Part shown: positions 11,501 to 23,200 of the stretch, one piece after another | Position numbering within the stretch: position 1 is the first letter of the stretch | Layout: the number at the start of each line of letters is the position of its first letter | DNA from: a virus | Length of the DNA: 64,000 nucleotides | Reading direction: 5' to 3' (one strand) | Virus record (IMG/VR): IMGVR_UViG_3300032677_001293 | Notes under the pieces: generated by a model | Databases searched by the model: none | What the model was told of the DNA's origin: nothing | The model's input: the letters and a program-made list of their open reading frames with translations, nothing else | Translations under genes and position numbers: made by a program

Positions 11501-14500
11501 TAATATTTCTGGTAACTTAACGGTACCAGGATCTAACACACAAGTAATTTATAACAACAATGGTAATGCTGGCGCTAGTGCTGGATTTACATTCAACTCT
11601 GCTTCAAATGCTATGGTTGTTACAGGAGCAATTACTGGAAGTAACTTATTATCTTCAGGAAATATTAGTGCCGCTGGAAATATTATTGGTAACGGCGCAA
11701 CATTATCAAACATTACGGGTGCTAATGTAACTGGCTCTGTAGCAAATGCTACCTACGCAACAACAGCTGGTACATCAGCTACTGTTACAACTAATGCACA
11801 ACCTAATATTACTAGTGTTGGTGTATTAACAAGTTTAAGTGTAAGTGGCAACTCAACTCCAGGTAATTTATTAACTCCTGGCATGGTAAGTGCGGCTGGA
11901 AACATTTATACACCTGGATACTTTATTGGTAATTTCCAAGGTAACATTTCTGGCAACTTAACAGTACCTGGATCTAACACACAAGTAATTTATAACAATA
12001 ACGGTAACGCTGGTGCCAGTGCTGGACTTACTTTTGATTCAAGTTCAAATTCATTAATATCAACTGGTACAATTACAGGTAGTAATTTCTTAACAGGCGG
12101 ATATATTAGTGCCGCTGGCAACATTATTGGTAATGGTTCACAGTTAACATCAATCACAGGTGCTAATGTAACTGGTGTAGTAGCTAACGCAACTTATGCG
12201 GTAAATGCTGGCACAGCTCTTACAGTAACAACTAACGCACAACCAAATATTACTAGTGTTGGTACTTTAGCTAGTCTTACTGTAAGCGGTAATACAAATT
12301 CTGGTAATTTATTAACAGCAGGAATTTTATCTGCTACAGGTAATATTACTACTAGCGGTTATTTCTTAGGAACATTTGCTGGCAATATTTCTGGTAACTT
12401 AACAGTACCAGGTGCTAATACACAAGTAATTTATAACAACAACGGTAACGCTGGAGCAAGCACAGGATTTACATTTAATGCCGCTTCAAATGCCATGGTT
12501 GTTAGTGGTAATGTAACTGGTGGTAATATATTAACCGCTGGATTAATTAGCTCAACTGGAAATGCTGTACATGGTAATGTAAATGCCACAAATTATACTG
12601 GCAACACAGTTAGTGTATCTGGCAATATTTCAGCTAGTCAATTTATTGGTTCAGGTAATACTTTAAGTAATATTACAGGCGCTAATGTAACCGGTGTAGT
12701 ACCAAGTGCTACATTGGCAGCCACAGTAACTACTAACGCTCAGCCAAATATTACTAGTGTTGGTGTATTGACAAGTTTAAGTGTAAGCGGAAATTCCGTA
12801 CCTGGTAATTTATTAACAGCAGGTCAAGTAAGTGCTACTGGCAACATTGTAACTGCTGGTTATTTTATTGGTAATTTCCAAGGCAATGTAGTTGGCAACC
12901 TAACCGTACCTGGCTCAAATACACAAGTAATTTATAACAACCAGGGTAACGCAGGAGCGGCAGCCGGATTTACATTCAACTCTGCTTCAAATGCTATGGT
13001 TGTTACAGGTAATATTACTGGTGGCAACATTTTAACTGCTGGATCTTTAAGTGTAGCTGGCACAATAACTTCCGCAAATACAGTAGTTGGTGCTAATGTT
13101 TCAACAGTTGGCAATGTAACTGGTAACTATATAATTGGCAATGGTTCTACTTTAAGTGCTATTACCGCAGGAAATATTGTTGGTACTGTAGCTAATGCTA
13201 CATACGCAATATCTGCTGGAACTGTTACCGCCAATGCTCAATCAAATATTACTAGTGTTGGTGTATTAACAAGTTTAAGCGTAAGTGGTAATACAAATTC
13301 TGGCAATTTATTAACAGCAGGCCAAGTTAGTGCTACTGGCAACATTACTACAAATGGATATTTCTTAGGAACATTTGCTGGTAATATTTCTGGTAACTTA
13401 ACAGTACCAGGCGCTAATACACAAGTAATTTATAATAATAATGGCAATGCTGGAGCAAGTACAGGATTTACATTTAATTCTGCTTCAAATGCTATGACTG
13501 TTAGTGGAAACATTTCTAGTGGAAATGTTAGTGTTACTGGAACTCTTTATACTCCTAGCACAATAATTAACGGCAGTATTTCAACATCAGGAAATATAAC
13601 TGGCAATTATCATATTGGCAACGGATCATTATTAAGTTCAATTACTGGTGCCAATGTTACTGGAACAGTATCCAATGCTACTACAGCAACCGTAGCAGGT
13701 AATGTTACAAACAATGTTCAAAGTAATATTACAGCCGTTGGCATTTTATCAAGTTTAAGTGTAAGCGGAAATGTTACAGCAAGTTACTACAGCGGTAACG
13801 GATCATTATTAACAGGTGTTGTTGCTACAGGTATTGGTACTTTAGGCAATTTAAGTGTAACTGGTAACACACAAACTGGTAATTTATTAACTGGTGGATT
13901 TATTAGTGCTACTGGTAATATTACTGGTTCTTACCATATTGGTAACGGAGCAACATTATCAAGTATTACTGGTGCTAACGTAACTGGTACTGTAGCAAGT
14001 GCTACAATAGCTGGCACAGTAACAGGTAATGCACAAGGTAATATTACTAGCGTTGGCACATTAACAAGTTTAAACGTAAGTGGAACAGTATCGGCAGCTA
14101 CTTTATCAGCTAGCGGATCTGTTTACGGAACAGTATTCAGCGGTAAAGCTACTACAGCACAATACGCTGACGTTGCCGAACTATACTTAGCTGACGCAGA
14201 TTATGCTCCTGGAACAGTAGTAAGTTTTGGTGGAGAATTGGAAGTTACCGCTAGCTCAGTAGACGCTGACCGCAGAATTGCTGGCATTGTTTCTACAAAT
14301 CCAGCATACTTAATGAACAGTGAATTAGCAGGTGCTAATATAGTAGCTGTAGCATTAACAGGCCGTGTCCCAACTAGAGTAACAGGTATTGTTCGTAAGG
14401 GCGATATGCTAGTTTCCAATGGTGACGGCACAGCTCGTGCTGAAGACAATCCACAACTTGGTGCTGTTATTGGTAAGTCGTTAGAAGATTTTAGCGGCGA

Positions 14501-14537
14501 AACCGGGGTCATTGAAGTAGTAGTTGGTCGCTTATAA
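8526..14537 (+). CDS. Giant repetitive tail fibre with C-terminal intramolecular chaperone (peptidase G2-like) domain
   Basis: Seven copies of 'YFxGxxxGNxxGNLTVPGxNTQVIYN' and many NAQPNITSVG repeats; C-terminus 'AQYADVAELY...PGTVV...STNPAYLMN...GVIEVVVGRL'. Confidence 0.75.
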   Translation: MTISQAQYVDLLVKKLYGVSTTDTATNKSPSNESILSPELNRGDTLWTQANQIPTVAANVANISLQYGNSNPIQCVPDTTSVPILNSQGQLIYPTWLTTIPEWIPPEFGSDYTVNAYVGPANIGNLTGANVTFISGDGEGGSYPGEFFFDYQAGLLYFIGQTIPNVLTTGNVVYITGYKYNGLTGVTNLPSNTNIGSINIVDSTISSIDANGNLIAIGGTSGVVIPSGNTAQRPSNAILGTTRFNTITDSIETWDGSAWVNSGNSITPGTITDQQITPDGVSDTYTLTQSTTSASIIVSINGVTQAPEVSYTVTGNSITFTQIPLTQDLIDIRFIAYTTTVSAITNSTGNSSVSVGADGNILFTTANITFATMTANAVGINGAVSTTGNITTDGYFIGTFAGNIVANIVAPGLNTQVIYNSNGNLAASAGFTFNANSNALTSSGNITGANILTAGAISAAGNIIGNNISATNLSGNLTSGTQSNITGLGTLTSLNVNGNINGSNVIASTVNTTNINAVNVGNSSTSYIGANVSVTGTITASNIDGIINTANQPNITSVGTLTSLSVAGDTVSNYFVGDGSNLANINGANVTGTVQSANVADFAFSVNGSNVIGSVASANTANTANTVTANAQPNITSVGVLSGLAVSGGISVNGNINSNSNILSNGIISTTGNITGSYILGNGAFLTGIAPSYNDANVINLLNTGLAGNVIPSTGNTYSLGSPTAPWAELYVSGNSIYIDGSQLSSSGGNLYFQGNALITSNPSGNFAVANTLTAGNISTAGFVSAAGNITGNNLNISSISSTGNIFSNGIISTSNTIIDGNISTSGNVTAPYFIGNLIGNISGNLTVPGANTQVIYNNDGAANASAGLTFDYASNSLVSTGTITGSNFLTNGFVSATGNIIGSHYIGNGATLSNITGANVTGYVNNATNAISATTAATVTTNAQSNITSVGVLTSLSVAGNASAGNVTTTGTVSAIGNIQTSGYFIGTFAGNISGNLTVPGSNTQVIYNNNGNAGASAGFTFNSASNAMVVTGAITGSNLLSSGNISAAGNIIGNGATLSNITGANVTGSVANATYATTAGTSATVTTNAQPNITSVGVLTSLSVSGNSTPGNLLTPGMVSAAGNIYTPGYFIGNFQGNISGNLTVPGSNTQVIYNNNGNAGASAGLTFDSSSNSLISTGTITGSNFLTGGYISAAGNIIGNGSQLTSITGANVTGVVANATYAVNAGTALTVTTNAQPNITSVGTLASLTVSGNTNSGNLLTAGILSATGNITTSGYFLGTFAGNISGNLTVPGANTQVIYNNNGNAGASTGFTFNAASNAMVVSGNVTGGNILTAGLISSTGNAVHGNVNATNYTGNTVSVSGNISASQFIGSGNTLSNITGANVTGVVPSATLAATVTTNAQPNITSVGVLTSLSVSGNSVPGNLLTAGQVSATGNIVTAGYFIGNFQGNVVGNLTVPGSNTQVIYNNQGNAGAAAGFTFNSASNAMVVTGNITGGNILTAGSLSVAGTITSANTVVGANVSTVGNVTGNYIIGNGSTLSAITAGNIVGTVANATYAISAGTVTANAQSNITSVGVLTSLSVSGNTNSGNLLTAGQVSATGNITTNGYFLGTFAGNISGNLTVPGANTQVIYNNNGNAGASTGFTFNSASNAMTVSGNISSGNVSVTGTLYTPSTIINGSISTSGNITGNYHIGNGSLLSSITGANVTGTVSNATTATVAGNVTNNVQSNITAVGILSSLSVSGNVTASYYSGNGSLLTGVVATGIGTLGNLSVTGNTQTGNLLTGGFISATGNITGSYHIGNGATLSSITGANVTGTVASATIAGTVTGNAQGNITSVGTLTSLNVSGTVSAATLSASGSVYGTVFSGKATTAQYADVAELYLADADYAPGTVVSFGGELEVTASSVDADRRIAGIVSTNPAYLMNSELAGANIVAVALTGRVPTRVTGIVRKGDMLVSNGDGTARAEDNPQLGAVIGKSLEDFSGETGVIEVVVGRL

Positions 14538-14608
14538 TTTTGAAATTATAAGCGCATATAACCAAAAATCCCCAGTCACGGTAAATACTTCATAACAAGG
14601 AGTTTACT

Positions 14609-17600
14609 GTGGCCGGAAATTTAACCAGAATTAATAATAATCAAATCACTGACGCTGTCAGTGGTAATACTCAGTTTGGTATTAACGCAAATACCAAAGT
14701 GCAACCGTATTCCGTTACGTCAACATTGTTGGCTAACAACTTAACATATGGATCAGACCTTACTATTACAGGTAATTTGTCTGTAACAGGTAATGTTACC
14801 GCAATTGATACTACTAATGTAACAATTGAAGATCCATTATTGCTTTTAGCAAGTACACAAACAGGCAGTCCTGCTGTAGATATTGGATATATCGGACAGC
14901 GTGGAACATCAAATAATATAGCTTTAGTTTGGCAAGAAAGTAATACAGCATTTATCACTGCTTATACAAATTCTGGTGCAGGCGATAATACAACAATTAA
15001 TGTATTAAGTTATGCTGACTTTATTACAGGTAACGCTACAATTACTGGCAACTTAAACGCTGCTAATATTTCTTTCACAGGCAATGTAATTGGTAATTTA
15101 AGTGTAACTGGCACACTTGTTGCTGGCAATGTAGAATCTCTTGGTTATGTAAGTTCAGTAGGCAATATTACAGTTGGCTCTGGCAGTTATTTTATTGGCG
15201 ACGGTGGATTAATTAGTAACATTAATGCTGCTAACGTAAGTTCTACAAAAATTAGTAATGGCGGCACATACGCAAATATTGCTAGTCCAAATGGCAATTT
15301 AGAAATTGCTGTTGGCGCAAGTTCTGATATAGTAGCTACATTTTACGATCAAGGTGTTAATTTTGCGTTAGATGTAAGTGCCCAAGGAACTGTTTATGCT
15401 AGTGCTGTTGGTACTACAACAGATGTTAGCGCAGGCGGAAATGTTTATGGTGCTAACTTTACAACAACAGGCTCACAAGGCAATATTACTGGTGCTAATG
15501 TAATTTCTGGAATTACATTAACAGCAAGCGGTACAGTTTATGCTGCTACCGATGTTAGCGCCGGCGGCAATGTAAATTCTAATAATGTTAATGTTACAAC
15601 CAATGTTAGCGCAGGTGGAAATGTAACTGGAAATTATATCAATGCAGTTACAGATATTAGCGCAGGCGGCAACGTAAATGCTTCAAACGCAGTAAACACT
15701 CAATCATTAAGTTTAAGTGGCAACGTAATTAGCGCATTAAATGTATCTAGTAGTGTTACTGGACAAAATATTTTTGCTATTACTGATGTAAGTGCTCAAG
15801 GCAATGTTAATGCTCAAAACGCATTAAATGGTGCTAATTTAAGTTTAAGTGGTAATGTAACTAGCGATTTAAATGTATCTAGTAAAGTTACTGCTCAGTA
15901 TGTTGTTGCTACAAATGACGTTAGTGGTTTAGGTAATGTAGTTGCTCAAAACGCATTAAACGGTGCTAATTTAAGTTTAAGCGGCAATGTAATCAATGAT
16001 TTAAATGTATCAGGTAATGTTAACGCAGGTAATTTTACAACTCCTGGTTTAATCAGTGTTACTGGTACAGCTACAGTTGGTAATGTATCAACAGTAGGTT
16101 TAGTAAGTGCTGTAGGTAATGTTATTGGAGGCAATGTAACTTCTGTTGCTGATGTAATTGCCGGCGGCAATGTTTATGCTAACAATGTATTTGCTAACTC
16201 AAGTGTTAGTGCTACTGGTAACATTGTTACAAATCAATCATTTATTGGTAATGCGTTATCTGGCAACACATTAATCATTACAAGTACATACGGCGGATTA
16301 CAATTCAGCGTAACCGGCAATATTAATGCTGGTAATACTTGGATTACTAATGTACCAGTTCCAGTTAATCCTACCGACTTAGCTAACAAAGAGTATGTTG
16401 ACGGTATTGCTAACGGATTACAATTAAAAGCATCTAGTAATGTTGCTACAACAGGAAACATTGCTACAACAACTGGACAGTCATACACATATAATAACGG
16501 CACAGCTGGCGTAGGCGCAACAATTACATTTAATACTCCTGGAGTTGTTACTATTGATAGTGTAGAACTTACAGCTGGATTGCGTGTTCTTATTAAAGAT
16601 GAGCCATTAGTAGCTCCAACTGACGGAACAACACCTTCTGCTGCTTATAACGGTATCTATACTGTAACAACAGCAGGTACAGTTGGTACAGCATTGGTAT
16701 TAACTCGTGCTACAGACGACGATGTTCCGGCACAAATGTATAGTGCTTACACATTTATCACTTCACCAGCAGGAACAGTAAACAGTTCAAGTGGTTGGGC
16801 AAGTACAAATACCCCAACAAGTCCTGGAGATCCAATTGTTGTTGGCACAACATTGTATATTTTCAGTCAGTTCTCGCAAGCTGGCGTCTATACAGGCGGC
16901 AATGCTATTAGTGTAACTGGCAGTACAATTAATGCCTTATATGACGGTGTTACAGTTGGTGTAAACGGTTCTAATCAACTTTACATTCCAGCTAATGCTA
17001 CATTAACAACACCAAACATTGGTGATGCTACTGGTAATAGTTTAAGTGTTACAGGTAGTTTAACTGGCGACATTATTACTGTAGCTACAGCAAGTATTAC
17101 TGGTAATGTTTTATCTGCTAATATTACAACTATCAATATTTCTGTAACTGGCAATATTCAAGATAGTGTTAATGTATCTAATACTGTAGTAGCTAATAAC
17201 TTCTTTGCTACTACTGCTGTAAGTACAGCAGGTAATATTACTGGCGGAAACATTACGTCAGCTAATTTCTATGACACTAATGTTGGCGCAAGTCAAGTAA
17301 CATACGGTAATAGTTCTGGCAACGGATTAATTAGTTCTAATAATAACTTCACATTTGATGGTGTTAACTTATCTATCCAAGGTACTGGCGGTAATATTAG
17401 TGCTACTGGTGTTGTTGCTACTAACTTATACGATACTAATGTTGGGTCTAACCAAATTGTTTTTGGTGACACAACTGGAAACGGATTGTTAGAAGGTAAT
17501 AGTGATTTCACATTCGATGGTACTAATTTATCTATCTATAGTACAGGTGGTAATTTAAGTGCTACTGGTGTTGTTGCTCAAAACATTTATGATTTCGATC

Positions 17601-18958
17601 TTGGTTCAAGTCAAGTTGTTTTTGCTGATGCTAGCGGTAACGGATTGTTAGACGGTAATAGTAACTTTACATTTGATGGCACTAACTTATCTATCTACGG
17701 TACAGGCGGTAATATCAGTGCTACTGGTGTTGTTGCTCCTAACATCTACGATGTAAATGTTGGCGCAGGTCAAATAGTATTTGGTAATGTAAGCGGCAAT
17801 GGTTTATTAACTGGCGCATCTGGCATTACTGTAGATGGTACCAACTTAACAGCTACTGGCAATATTACAGCGGCTAACTTTACAACAAGTGGCTCACAAG
17901 GTAATATTACTGGTGCTAACATTGTTTCTGCTGTAACATTAACAGCAAGTGGCAATGTGTACGCTCAAAACTTAGTAACTACTAACACTACAATTAACGG
18001 CGGAGTGTTTACTACTGGAGTTGTTAGTGCTACTGGCAACATCCAAACAGCAAATTACTTTATTGGTGATGGCGCATACATTAGTAACATTAACGCTGCT
18101 AACGTAAGTTCTACAAAGATTAGTAATGGCGGTTCATATGCTAATGTTGCTAGTCCAAACGGTAACTTAGTAATTGCTATTGGTGCCAGCTCAACTCAAG
18201 TTGCTACATTCTATGATGGCGGTACAAACTTTACTGGCCCAGTAAGTGCTAGTGGTAATATTGTATCTGGTACTACATTATTAGTTGATACTACAACAAG
18301 TTCTGTAAGTCTTGGTGCTAATACAACAGAAACAGCAGGCGCTACATTAGCAATTAACGCTACTGACTCTATGTTGTTACCAGTTGGTAATACAGCACAG
18401 CGCCCAGTTACACCAGCAACAGGTATGTTGCGTTATAACAGTACAGTTTCACAATGTGAAATCTGGAACGGTGCTGCTTGGGTAGCAGTTGGTGGTAGTT
18501 CATACACAGTTATTCAGAATGAACAGTTCAATGGTGACGGTACTACTGTAGCGTTTACATTAGGATCAAGTCAAACTACTGATAGTTGTATCGTTACTAT
18601 CAACGGTGTGGTACAGATTCCAACTACAGCATACTCTGTAAGTGGTGTTTACCCAACTTGCGTATTGACATTTACTGAAGCTCCAGAAGTTGGCGATACA
18701 ATTGATGTTCGTGAAATTACTACAACAACAAGTGTAACAGCTATTTCTAATAGTCCTGGTAACTCAGTAGTTTCCGTATCAGAAACTACTGGACAAGTTA
18801 ACATTACTGGTAACTTAGTAGCTGAACTTAATAGTGCGGCTCCAAGTTTAACAGCTAACGCAACTATGTCATTCCAGTTAGTCAATAATACAACTTTAGC
18901 CATACTTGTACGCGGTACAGACGGTGTTACAAGAAGTACAACACTTACTTTATCGTAA
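14609..18958 (+). CDS. Giant tail fibre/adhesin-like protein
   Basis: GTG start with SD AAGGAG and upstream TAAATA; contains 'ANKEYVD...RVLIKDE...NGIY' fibre module and internal repeats. Confidence 0.7.
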   Translation: MAGNLTRINNNQITDAVSGNTQFGINANTKVQPYSVTSTLLANNLTYGSDLTITGNLSVTGNVTAIDTTNVTIEDPLLLLASTQTGSPAVDIGYIGQRGTSNNIALVWQESNTAFITAYTNSGAGDNTTINVLSYADFITGNATITGNLNAANISFTGNVIGNLSVTGTLVAGNVESLGYVSSVGNITVGSGSYFIGDGGLISNINAANVSSTKISNGGTYANIASPNGNLEIAVGASSDIVATFYDQGVNFALDVSAQGTVYASAVGTTTDVSAGGNVYGANFTTTGSQGNITGANVISGITLTASGTVYAATDVSAGGNVNSNNVNVTTNVSAGGNVTGNYINAVTDISAGGNVNASNAVNTQSLSLSGNVISALNVSSSVTGQNIFAITDVSAQGNVNAQNALNGANLSLSGNVTSDLNVSSKVTAQYVVATNDVSGLGNVVAQNALNGANLSLSGNVINDLNVSGNVNAGNFTTPGLISVTGTATVGNVSTVGLVSAVGNVIGGNVTSVADVIAGGNVYANNVFANSSVSATGNIVTNQSFIGNALSGNTLIITSTYGGLQFSVTGNINAGNTWITNVPVPVNPTDLANKEYVDGIANGLQLKASSNVATTGNIATTTGQSYTYNNGTAGVGATITFNTPGVVTIDSVELTAGLRVLIKDEPLVAPTDGTTPSAAYNGIYTVTTAGTVGTALVLTRATDDDVPAQMYSAYTFITSPAGTVNSSSGWASTNTPTSPGDPIVVGTTLYIFSQFSQAGVYTGGNAISVTGSTINALYDGVTVGVNGSNQLYIPANATLTTPNIGDATGNSLSVTGSLTGDIITVATASITGNVLSANITTINISVTGNIQDSVNVSNTVVANNFFATTAVSTAGNITGGNITSANFYDTNVGASQVTYGNSSGNGLISSNNNFTFDGVNLSIQGTGGNISATGVVATNLYDTNVGSNQIVFGDTTGNGLLEGNSDFTFDGTNLSIYSTGGNLSATGVVAQNIYDFDLGSSQVVFADASGNGLLDGNSNFTFDGTNLSIYGTGGNISATGVVAPNIYDVNVGAGQIVFGNVSGNGLLTGASGITVDGTNLTATGNITAANFTTSGSQGNITGANIVSAVTLTASGNVYAQNLVTTNTTINGGVFTTGVVSATGNIQTANYFIGDGAYISNINAANVSSTKISNGGSYANVASPNGNLVIAIGASSTQVATFYDGGTNFTGPVSASGNIVSGTTLLVDTTTSSVSLGANTTETAGATLAINATDSMLLPVGNTAQRPVTPATGMLRYNSTVSQCEIWNGAAWVAVGGSSYTVIQNEQFNGDGTTVAFTLGSSQTTDSCIVTINGVVQIPTTAYSVSGVYPTCVLTFTEAPEVGDTIDVREITTTTSVTAISNSPGNSVVSVSETTGQVNITGNLVAELNSAAPSLTANATMSFQLVNNTTLAILVRGTDGVTRSTTLTLS

Positions 18959-18977
18959 AAGTTGCTTAAAAGCAGTT

Positions 18978-19008
18978 AATAACAGGACCCAAGTGGTCCT
19001 GTTGTTTT
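18978..19008 (+). terminator. Rho-independent terminator
   Basis: AATAACAGGACC-caagt-GGTCCTGTTGTT then TT; a TAAATA follows at 19012. Confidence 0.75.
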
Positions 19009-19039
19009 GACTAAATAATACTAATAAATTGGAAAAACA

Positions 19040-20212
19040 ATGGGCTTAACACGAATCCGCGCAGAGCAAATATCAGATATTGATTACAAACAAGCAGTTA
19101 GAGTTATTTCGACTTCTAATGTTACATTGTCCGGCGGAGCTCCGAGCACGGTAGATGGGGTAAGTCTTAATGCCGGCGATAGAATTTTAGTAGCAGGACA
19201 AAGTACTGGCAGTGATAATGGCCTTTACGATGTAACTGTAGTAGGTACCGGAACTAGCGGTACTTGGGTACGCACTTCAGATGCTAATACTACTGGCGAA
19301 ATTAATGCTGGTATGATTGTTATGGTTACTGAAGGTAACACATACGCAGATACATCTTGGAAATTAGTTACAGATGACCCTATCGTAATAGGAACTACAA
19401 GTTTAGAATTCTTACAAAATACTGGAAATTCTTTTAGTATTATTAATGTAGTTGGTAGTGCCAATGTTGTAGCAAACGGTGTAAGTAGTACAGTATCTTT
19501 TGCTAGCGGCAATAATTTTTCTGTAACTGGCAATAACACTTCTGACGTTATTACATTTAGTGTTTCTCAAAGTCCAAGTTTTACTGGTAATGTAACAGCT
19601 AATCACTTTAATGGCAATGCTGTTGGGTTAACATCAATTCCTGGAGCAAATGTAACAGGTCAAGTAGCTAACGCATTAATAGCAGGTACAGTTTATACCA
19701 ATGCTCAACCAAATATTACTAGCGTTGGAACATTAACTAGTTTAACTTCAACAGGTGTAATTTCAACTTCGGGCAATATTTACGGTGGCGGCATTAATTC
19801 AACATCAAGTCCTACACCACCAAGTAACCCAAGCGTTGGAGATTTTTGGTATAATACAACTACTAACGCCCAATATCGTTATACTTTTGATGGCACAGAT
19901 TATTTTTGGTTAGACGATTATGGATCAACTCAAGGAACTGATGGCACATTTAGTCAAGTTATTAACGGCACAAGTAATGTTTCAATTTATACTTCCAACG
20001 GTAATGTTAGCGTTGGTGTAAATGGTACAGATAATATAGCAATATTCAGCACAACAGGTGCTTATGTGTCAGGTTTAAACATAACATCAAGCAATCCACC
20101 GGCGACTAGTACAAGTCCTGGTGTAACAGGACAAATAGAATGGAGCGCAGGATATATCTATGTATGTACAGCTACTAATACATGGGTAAGAGCGGCGTTA
20201 AGTACCTGGTAA
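19040..20212 (+). CDS. Tail fibre proximal/connector protein
   Basis: 'DYKQAVRV...DGVSLNAGDRILV...NGLY' fibre N-terminal module and a 'PSVGDFWY' module. Confidence 0.65.
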   Translation: MGLTRIRAEQISDIDYKQAVRVISTSNVTLSGGAPSTVDGVSLNAGDRILVAGQSTGSDNGLYDVTVVGTGTSGTWVRTSDANTTGEINAGMIVMVTEGNTYADTSWKLVTDDPIVIGTTSLEFLQNTGNSFSIINVVGSANVVANGVSSTVSFASGNNFSVTGNNTSDVITFSVSQSPSFTGNVTANHFNGNAVGLTSIPGANVTGQVANALIAGTVYTNAQPNITSVGTLTSLTSTGVISTSGNIYGGGINSTSSPTPPSNPSVGDFWYNTTTNAQYRYTFDGTDYFWLDDYGSTQGTDGTFSQVINGTSNVSIYTSNGNVSVGVNGTDNIAIFSTTGAYVSGLNITSSNPPATSTSPGVTGQIEWSAGYIYVCTATNTWVRAALSTW

Positions 20213-20260
20213 AGGGTAACCCAAAATTATAATAAATAAAAGTTAACAAGGATAACAAAC

Positions 20261-23200
20261 ATGGCATTTCCAACTTCGCCCATAAACGGACAAACAGCAG
20301 TAGTAAATAATATTACATATACCTATTCTACGGCTACTAATTCCTGGACTAGAACACCTTCGGGCTTTGTTAATATAAATGCTTCAGGAAATGTTACAGC
20401 GGGCGGCAATATTCAAGGTAATTTAATTATTGGTAATGGTTATTATCTTACTAATATTAACTCTGCTAATATTGTTGGTTCATACGGGGATGCCAATGTT
20501 ACAGCATTATTAAACACAGGTTTATCTGGCAATGTTATTCCTTCAGCTAACAATGTTTATAACTTAGGAAGTCCTACTAATCAGTGGGCTGAATTATATT
20601 TAAGTGGTAATTCTGTATATTTTAACGGTACCGCATTAAGCGGAAATGCTACTACATTAACATACGGCGGCAATGCTGTTATTGTAGCAAACAGCGCGGG
20701 TAGTATTTCTATTGTTGGAAATGTTACAGCCAATTATATTATCGGCAATGGAAGTTTATTAACATCATTAAATGGCGCTAACGTAACTGGCACAGTAGCT
20801 AACGCAACTTACGCAGTAAGCGCAGGAACAGCAGGTACTGTTACTACTAACGCACAGCCAAATATTACAAGTACAGGTACACTAACAAGTTTAAGTGTAA
20901 GCGGTAATGCTCAATTAGGTAATGTATCAACAGCAGGTTTTGTAAGTGCTACTGGCAATTTAACAGCAGGCAATTTATTAATTAATAGTAATGCTAATAT
21001 TCTTGGCAACTTAAATGTTCAAGGTAATGTTACTTTTGTTAACTCTAATGTAATTACTGTAAATGATTTATACATTGAATTAGCTAATAATCAAACTACT
21101 TACGCTAATATTAACGGCGCAGGATTGAATGTTGGCCAAACTGGCAATGTATTAACTAATTGGACTTATAACTATACATCTAATGCGTGGACAACCAATG
21201 TTGGTGTAAGTGCCACTGGTAACATTAGCGGTAATTATATTATTGGTAACGGAGCATTATTAACAAATATCAATGCGTCAAATATTGTTGGCGCATATAG
21301 TAATGCCAATGTGGCCGCTTACTTACCAACATACTCTGGCAATATTACAGCCGGCAACATTAGTGTTACAGGAAATGTAACAGCTAATTATCATATTGGC
21401 AATGGCGCAACATTATCTAGTATTACAGGTGCTAACGTAACTGGTACAGTAGCAAACGCGACTTATGCGTTAAGTGCTGGCTCTGCTGTCGGTACGGCAG
21501 CCACAGTAACAACTAATGCTCAACCAAATATTACATCTGTTGGCACATTAACGAGTTTAAGTGTTACTGGAAATACACAAAGCGGCAATTTATTAACTGC
21601 TGGATTAATTTCAGCTACTGGTACTATTACTGGCGGCAATGTTGTTGTTCCTCCTTACGGCGCAGTATTAGCTAATACAATTACTATGTCTGGTAATGCT
21701 AATATTGTTCCACAACTGCAAGTTGGATCCGCATTAAATAGTAACGGTTTAATTCAAATTTATAACGGCAGTTCATTTAATGTTATTAGATTAGATGGCT
21801 CGGACAGTTCTATTAGTGCTACTGGTAATATTATTGGTGGCAATATTTTTACTGCTGGGTCAATTAGTGCTACTGGTAATGTTACGGCCAATTATCATAT
21901 TGGTAACGGCGCTACATTATCGAGTATTACCGGTGCTAATGTAACTGGTACAGTAGCTAATGCCACATACGCAACTTCTGCTGGTACAGCTACTTCTGCT
22001 ACAACAGCCGGTACTGTTACAACTAATGCTCAACCAAATATTACATCTGTTGGTACACTAACAAGTTTAACATCCACTGGTTTAATTAGTACTACTGGTA
22101 ATATTTCTGGAAATTATATTTTAGGTAATGGTAGTCAATTAACCGGCATCATTACATCAGTATCTAATGTAGTTAACGGCGGCAGTAATTTAAATATTGG
22201 CGCCGCAAATGCTAACGTAACTATTTCTGTAAGTACAGTAGGCAATGTGGCAGTATTTACACCAACAGGAGTTAGCGTATTAGGCACAGTAACAGCCAAC
22301 GGCAACGTTACTGGCGGAAATATTAATACTGCTGGCTTAGTAAGTGCTACCGGTAATTTGGTAGGTGGCAATATTACAACAGCTGGTCTAGTAAGTGCTA
22401 CTGGTAATGTAACTGGTAACTATATAATTGGCAACGGCTCACAGTTAACATCAATAACTGGCGCTAATGTAACTGGTACAGTAGCTAATGCTACATACGC
22501 ATTATCTGCTGGTAGTGCTGTAGGTACTGCAGCCACTGTTACTACAAATGCTCAACCAAATATTACATCCGTTGGCACATTAACAAGTTTAACATCAACA
22601 GGCTTAATTAGCACAACTGGCAACGTAAGTGCTAACTATGTAATTGGCAATGGATCATTATTAAGTTCAATTACTGGCGCTAACGTAACTGGTACGGTAG
22701 CTAATGCTACATACGCATTGTCAGCAGGCTCTGCTGTTGGTACTGCTGCTACTGTAACAACCAACGCACAACCTAATATTACATCTGTTGGCACACTAAC
22801 AAGTTTAAGTGTAAGTGGTAATGCTACTAGTGGAAATATTTTAACTGCTGGATTAATTTCAGCAACAGGTAATGTTACAGGCAACTACTTTATTGGTAAT
22901 GGTAGTCAATTAACTGGCGTTACAGCTAGCGGTGTTGCGGCTAACGCATTAACAGGTAACACATTAAGTTCAAATGTAATATATTCTAGTTTAACAACTG
23001 TTGGCACATTAGCTAATTTATCTGTTGCTGGTAATACAACATCCGGCAATTTATTAACTGGTGGATTATTAAGTGTATCTGGCACAATCACAAGCGGTGG
23101 AAATATTTCTGCTGGCAATGTTACAACTACTGGGTTAGTTAGTGCTACAGGCAATGCTACTGTTGGTAACTTAACTACTGGCGGCCAAGTAACTGCTCTT